Below, piece after piece: positions 61,278 to 64,000 of a DNA stretch of 64,000 bases. The notes beneath the pieces were generated by a model, which saw only the letters and a list, made by a program, of their open reading frames with translations, was not told the DNA's origin and ran no database searches. Origin of the DNA: Dimorphilus gyrociliatus (Eukaryota > Animalia > Annelida); the NCBI GenBank assembly GCA_904063045.1, contig CAJFCJ010000025.1, positions 558,001 through 622,000 of the forward strand, written 5' to 3'. A program made the translations under genes and the position numbers. Position 1 is the stretch's first letter, and every line of letters begins with the position of its first letter.

Positions 61278-64000
61278 TCAGTCAGTAAAACGACTACAGG
61301 CTTTCTTCCATTTGCATTGGGTGCACCACATATCTCGGTTTTCCATTCCATAAACCTTCCTGCACTTCTTCACATCCGATCTTGACTTTTTGTGCATGGG
61401 TAGCAGCTTTGCAGTCGAGTATAAGCTCTTGTATGGTTTAGAGTTCTAAAATAATAATTAAAGAAAAAAAGCAATTGTAATTATTTATCTTTTAGTGCAA
61501 AGTAACTCTTTTATCATCTAGGATTTCGATTATTTAAGTAATGGCCTCTACTTAATCGCATATTGTTTAGGGGCTATAAATTTTCAAGAGTGACATCTTG
61601 TGGATGATTTTTTAAAAGGTACCTAGACGATATAAATATAGATTTGCTGTAATTATTGCGTCAACTTACCGATCCCCAGGTATAAGATCGACTAAGTCCG
61701 CTGTTACCATTCTGATAACCGGAAGTTGGAAATGAGGATGCCAAATGCGTATTTGAGGATCTTGGTGACTTAGACGGGCGGATAGGGTGATCCTTTCTCT
61801 GGTAGTCGTGGTCTTGAATAAAAATACGACTCTGTTCCACAAAAGAAGATGGCGGGGACGTTGAGTAAGTATGCATATCAGCCAACTGATCAGTGACAGT
61901 ATCAACCGAAACTTCTATCTCATTGTAATAGAAATCTTCTTCGTGATCGGACCAGTCTTCGTCAGCTCCTCTCCTATTACAAATGCAAAAAAGAACACTA
62001 CTTTTAGAAGCAATCAATAAATTCCAAACAATAACAAACAGTAGTAAAAACACTTGGAAAAATTTTTATGAATGAAATTTAAAGATTTTCTTCTTTTCTT
62101 TTGTATTTAATCAATAAAGTGGAAAAAAAAACTGTTTCACCTCTAAATAGGGAAATTTTTATTTTATCTTCTTAAATAGAAAAATATTAACCAGAGATAA
62201 AGAAAGTTTAATGACAGAAACGCTTTATCTATTTTTTCAATATGGCAAATAGTATATATCTCAATAATTAAATATTAAACATATAAAGTACGTCTACGTA
62301 CGAGTCGATTATTTATAGATCGCTACTTGGAACTGTTTTACTCTTAAAACAAACATCAGTAATAATCGTTCAATCTTTCTATATATAATATATTACATAC
62401 TTATATATATATACATAAATACTACGTTCGAATTGGAATAGTTTTTTTTCTCATGGCTACAGTAGATACTATATATAGGTCTAAAAAAAAAGAAACTAAA
62501 CCCTATTAGAGTGACGAATATAAACATGTGTAAAGATTACATAACAAACTAAAGTCTACATTCCAAGGCTGAATTCTATTCAAAATAGAAAATATCAATA
62601 TTTTAAAGCTGTAAAAAAAAAATTAAAAAACTTTTTTTCTTTTTAGCATCTCACTGTTGATATAGAAAAAGGTTATTTCTCTTTTTCTACCTATGCTTTT
62701 CTCTCTCTCTCTCTCTCTCTTCTCTCTATCTATCCTTTTTTGATATTTATATAAATCTTTAGTGACGCAAGCTGGCGTAAGATATTTTTTAAGCAATCTA
62801 ATCTGAAGAAAAACAATCCGACTCGTTATGCAATAATTTTATATGTGCTATTATAGGCTAAATGGTTATTTTTTGGATGATAAGATAGAATGTAATGTAA
62901 TTCCAAGTAGTGTGGCAGTATCCGAATGTATAACACTTTTTTTATGTAACAGTATAAATAAACCCACCCCAAATGCTCCTGTCGAATATGCTTTTCAATC
63001 ATGATTCTTGTACTCATGATCTTTTCACAATTTCTCCAAGTGCATTGGAAAACCGTCCTGGTTCCCTGAAATATCAATAGATGGCGTTAATAAATTTTTA
63101 ATATTCAAAAGGGTTATGCCCATTATCCATGAGTCCTAAATTTGCATTATTCACAGGCAACAACCGCTGCCTTTATATGCCGGCATACAGTTTTCCTGGT
63201 TACTATAAATACTTTTTCAACTGGTTCCCTGTTGCATTCTATCGTTTTGTACAGGTAACCAGTCTTCAACCCCAGTAACCGGTCATCACACCGTAAATAC
63301 TGCAGTACGAGAGGACGTCGAACTGCAATTTTTTGTACTCAAAATAGGATTGACGTTCTTAAGGTGGTTGTAATGGCGGTCATCGAACGTAAAATACTTT
63401 AAATAATTTATGCTAATTAACACTTCATTAATTGCACAGCCGGTAATCTAGGCCTACACATATTTTCCACGTGTGGCAATAATGACATATGTCATCCCCT
63501 ATGTGTAGCTGACAATTTCAACTGTTATCTTATCAAGTGAAAAATTATAAAAATGAATAGTTTAGTTTTTAAGGGCTTCTCTCTAGGCCAACATCTGTCC
63601 TTGACGAAAATAGGCCTATTTTGTAGTGCAATGTTCTATCGTGTAACCTTTGGACCACCCTTGTCACATTTTTTAACCATTGATTAGAAGGAAAAGGATC
63701 TAACCTTCATTTCGTCTTCTTCATTTGAAGAGCTCGACATCGTGTCGATCATATCATCTTGCAGATTTGGTGGAGCTGAAGTGGATAGTAACGATGGGGG
63801 CGATTCGGATGGCATACTGAATACTCCGCTTGAAACACTCCCCGAGTTATCTGCAGGCATATTGTCTTGATGCAAGCTGTCACGTGATAAAACAATTGTA
63901 GCTTACCTTGGTAAGAGGAAGATAGCTTTGGCGAACAGCTGAGGGATGTAAGAACCATAGCTGCCTGTTCTTCATCCATAATTTCCTCTGAACCCCGTCT
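61278..64000 (-). CDS. ZNF704: ZNF704/ZNF395/SLC2A4RG-family C2H2 plus C-clamp transcription factor (5' end may lie beyond the window)
   Basis: CR1 [17 protein letters not shown]; C2H2 FQCTWRNC…HIRQEH; EEDFYYNEI and DHDYQ motifs; last exon 61445-61278 [28 protein letters not shown] (C-clamp). Confidence 0.93.
63074..63087 (+). promoter_or_regulatory. CTCF-like motif TCAATAGATGGCGT in ZNF704 intron
   Basis: Near-identical to the 15135 copy; lies beside a splice acceptor. Confidence 0.4.

Noticed and set aside
61278-61445. Cys-rich exon next to COX6C first suspected to be COX17-like
   Set aside because: The correct frame gives the C-clamp (CRKVYG…[10 protein letters not shown]) of the ZNF704-like gene.
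63129-63278. 49-codon plus-strand [11 protein letters not shown]… in the ZNF704 intron
   Set aside because: Short, with no downstream exon or homology cue; treated as part of the regulatory island.

Overview
Eukaryotic (animal) genomic DNA: AT-rich (roughly 28-30% GC by eye), gene-dense, mostly short GT-AG introns (many ~50-80 nt) and many (TA)n/(GA)n/(CA)n microsatellites. The gene set (GPLD1, USF, ZNF704-type C-clamp, CALML4, CETN3, KDM4) fits a compact-genome bilaterian invertebrate; a small-genome annelid or other spiralian is plausible, but that is inference. No prokaryotic systems, CRISPR arrays, RNA genes or recognisable transposons were found. About 19 protein-coding genes were reconstructed by hand-splicing. 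Well-recognised: KDM4, GPLD1, USF, a UGT, TIMM22, SF3A2, CETN3, DNAJA1, CALML4-like, COX6C and a 5'-truncated ZNF704/395-like gene. Less familiar: an LRR protein, a divergent alpha-crystallin/sHSP-domain protein, a mini-filamin (1 CH + 2 Ig repeats) with a possible membrane anchor, a CARD-coiled-coil protein, a GAF-less PDE2-like phosphodiesterase, a candidate myristoylated protein with a ubiquitin-like C-terminus, and several orphans. Non-coding signals: about eight CTCF-like motifs (some convergent), 11 TAGGCCTA and 6 ATTACGTAAT palindromes, a perfect 4-unit HSE, an RFX X-box, and an E-box cluster upstream of USF. I cannot support a clear novel multi-gene system; the best leads are single genes with unusual architectures and the recurring motifs. 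All family assignments come from motif recognition, not database searches.
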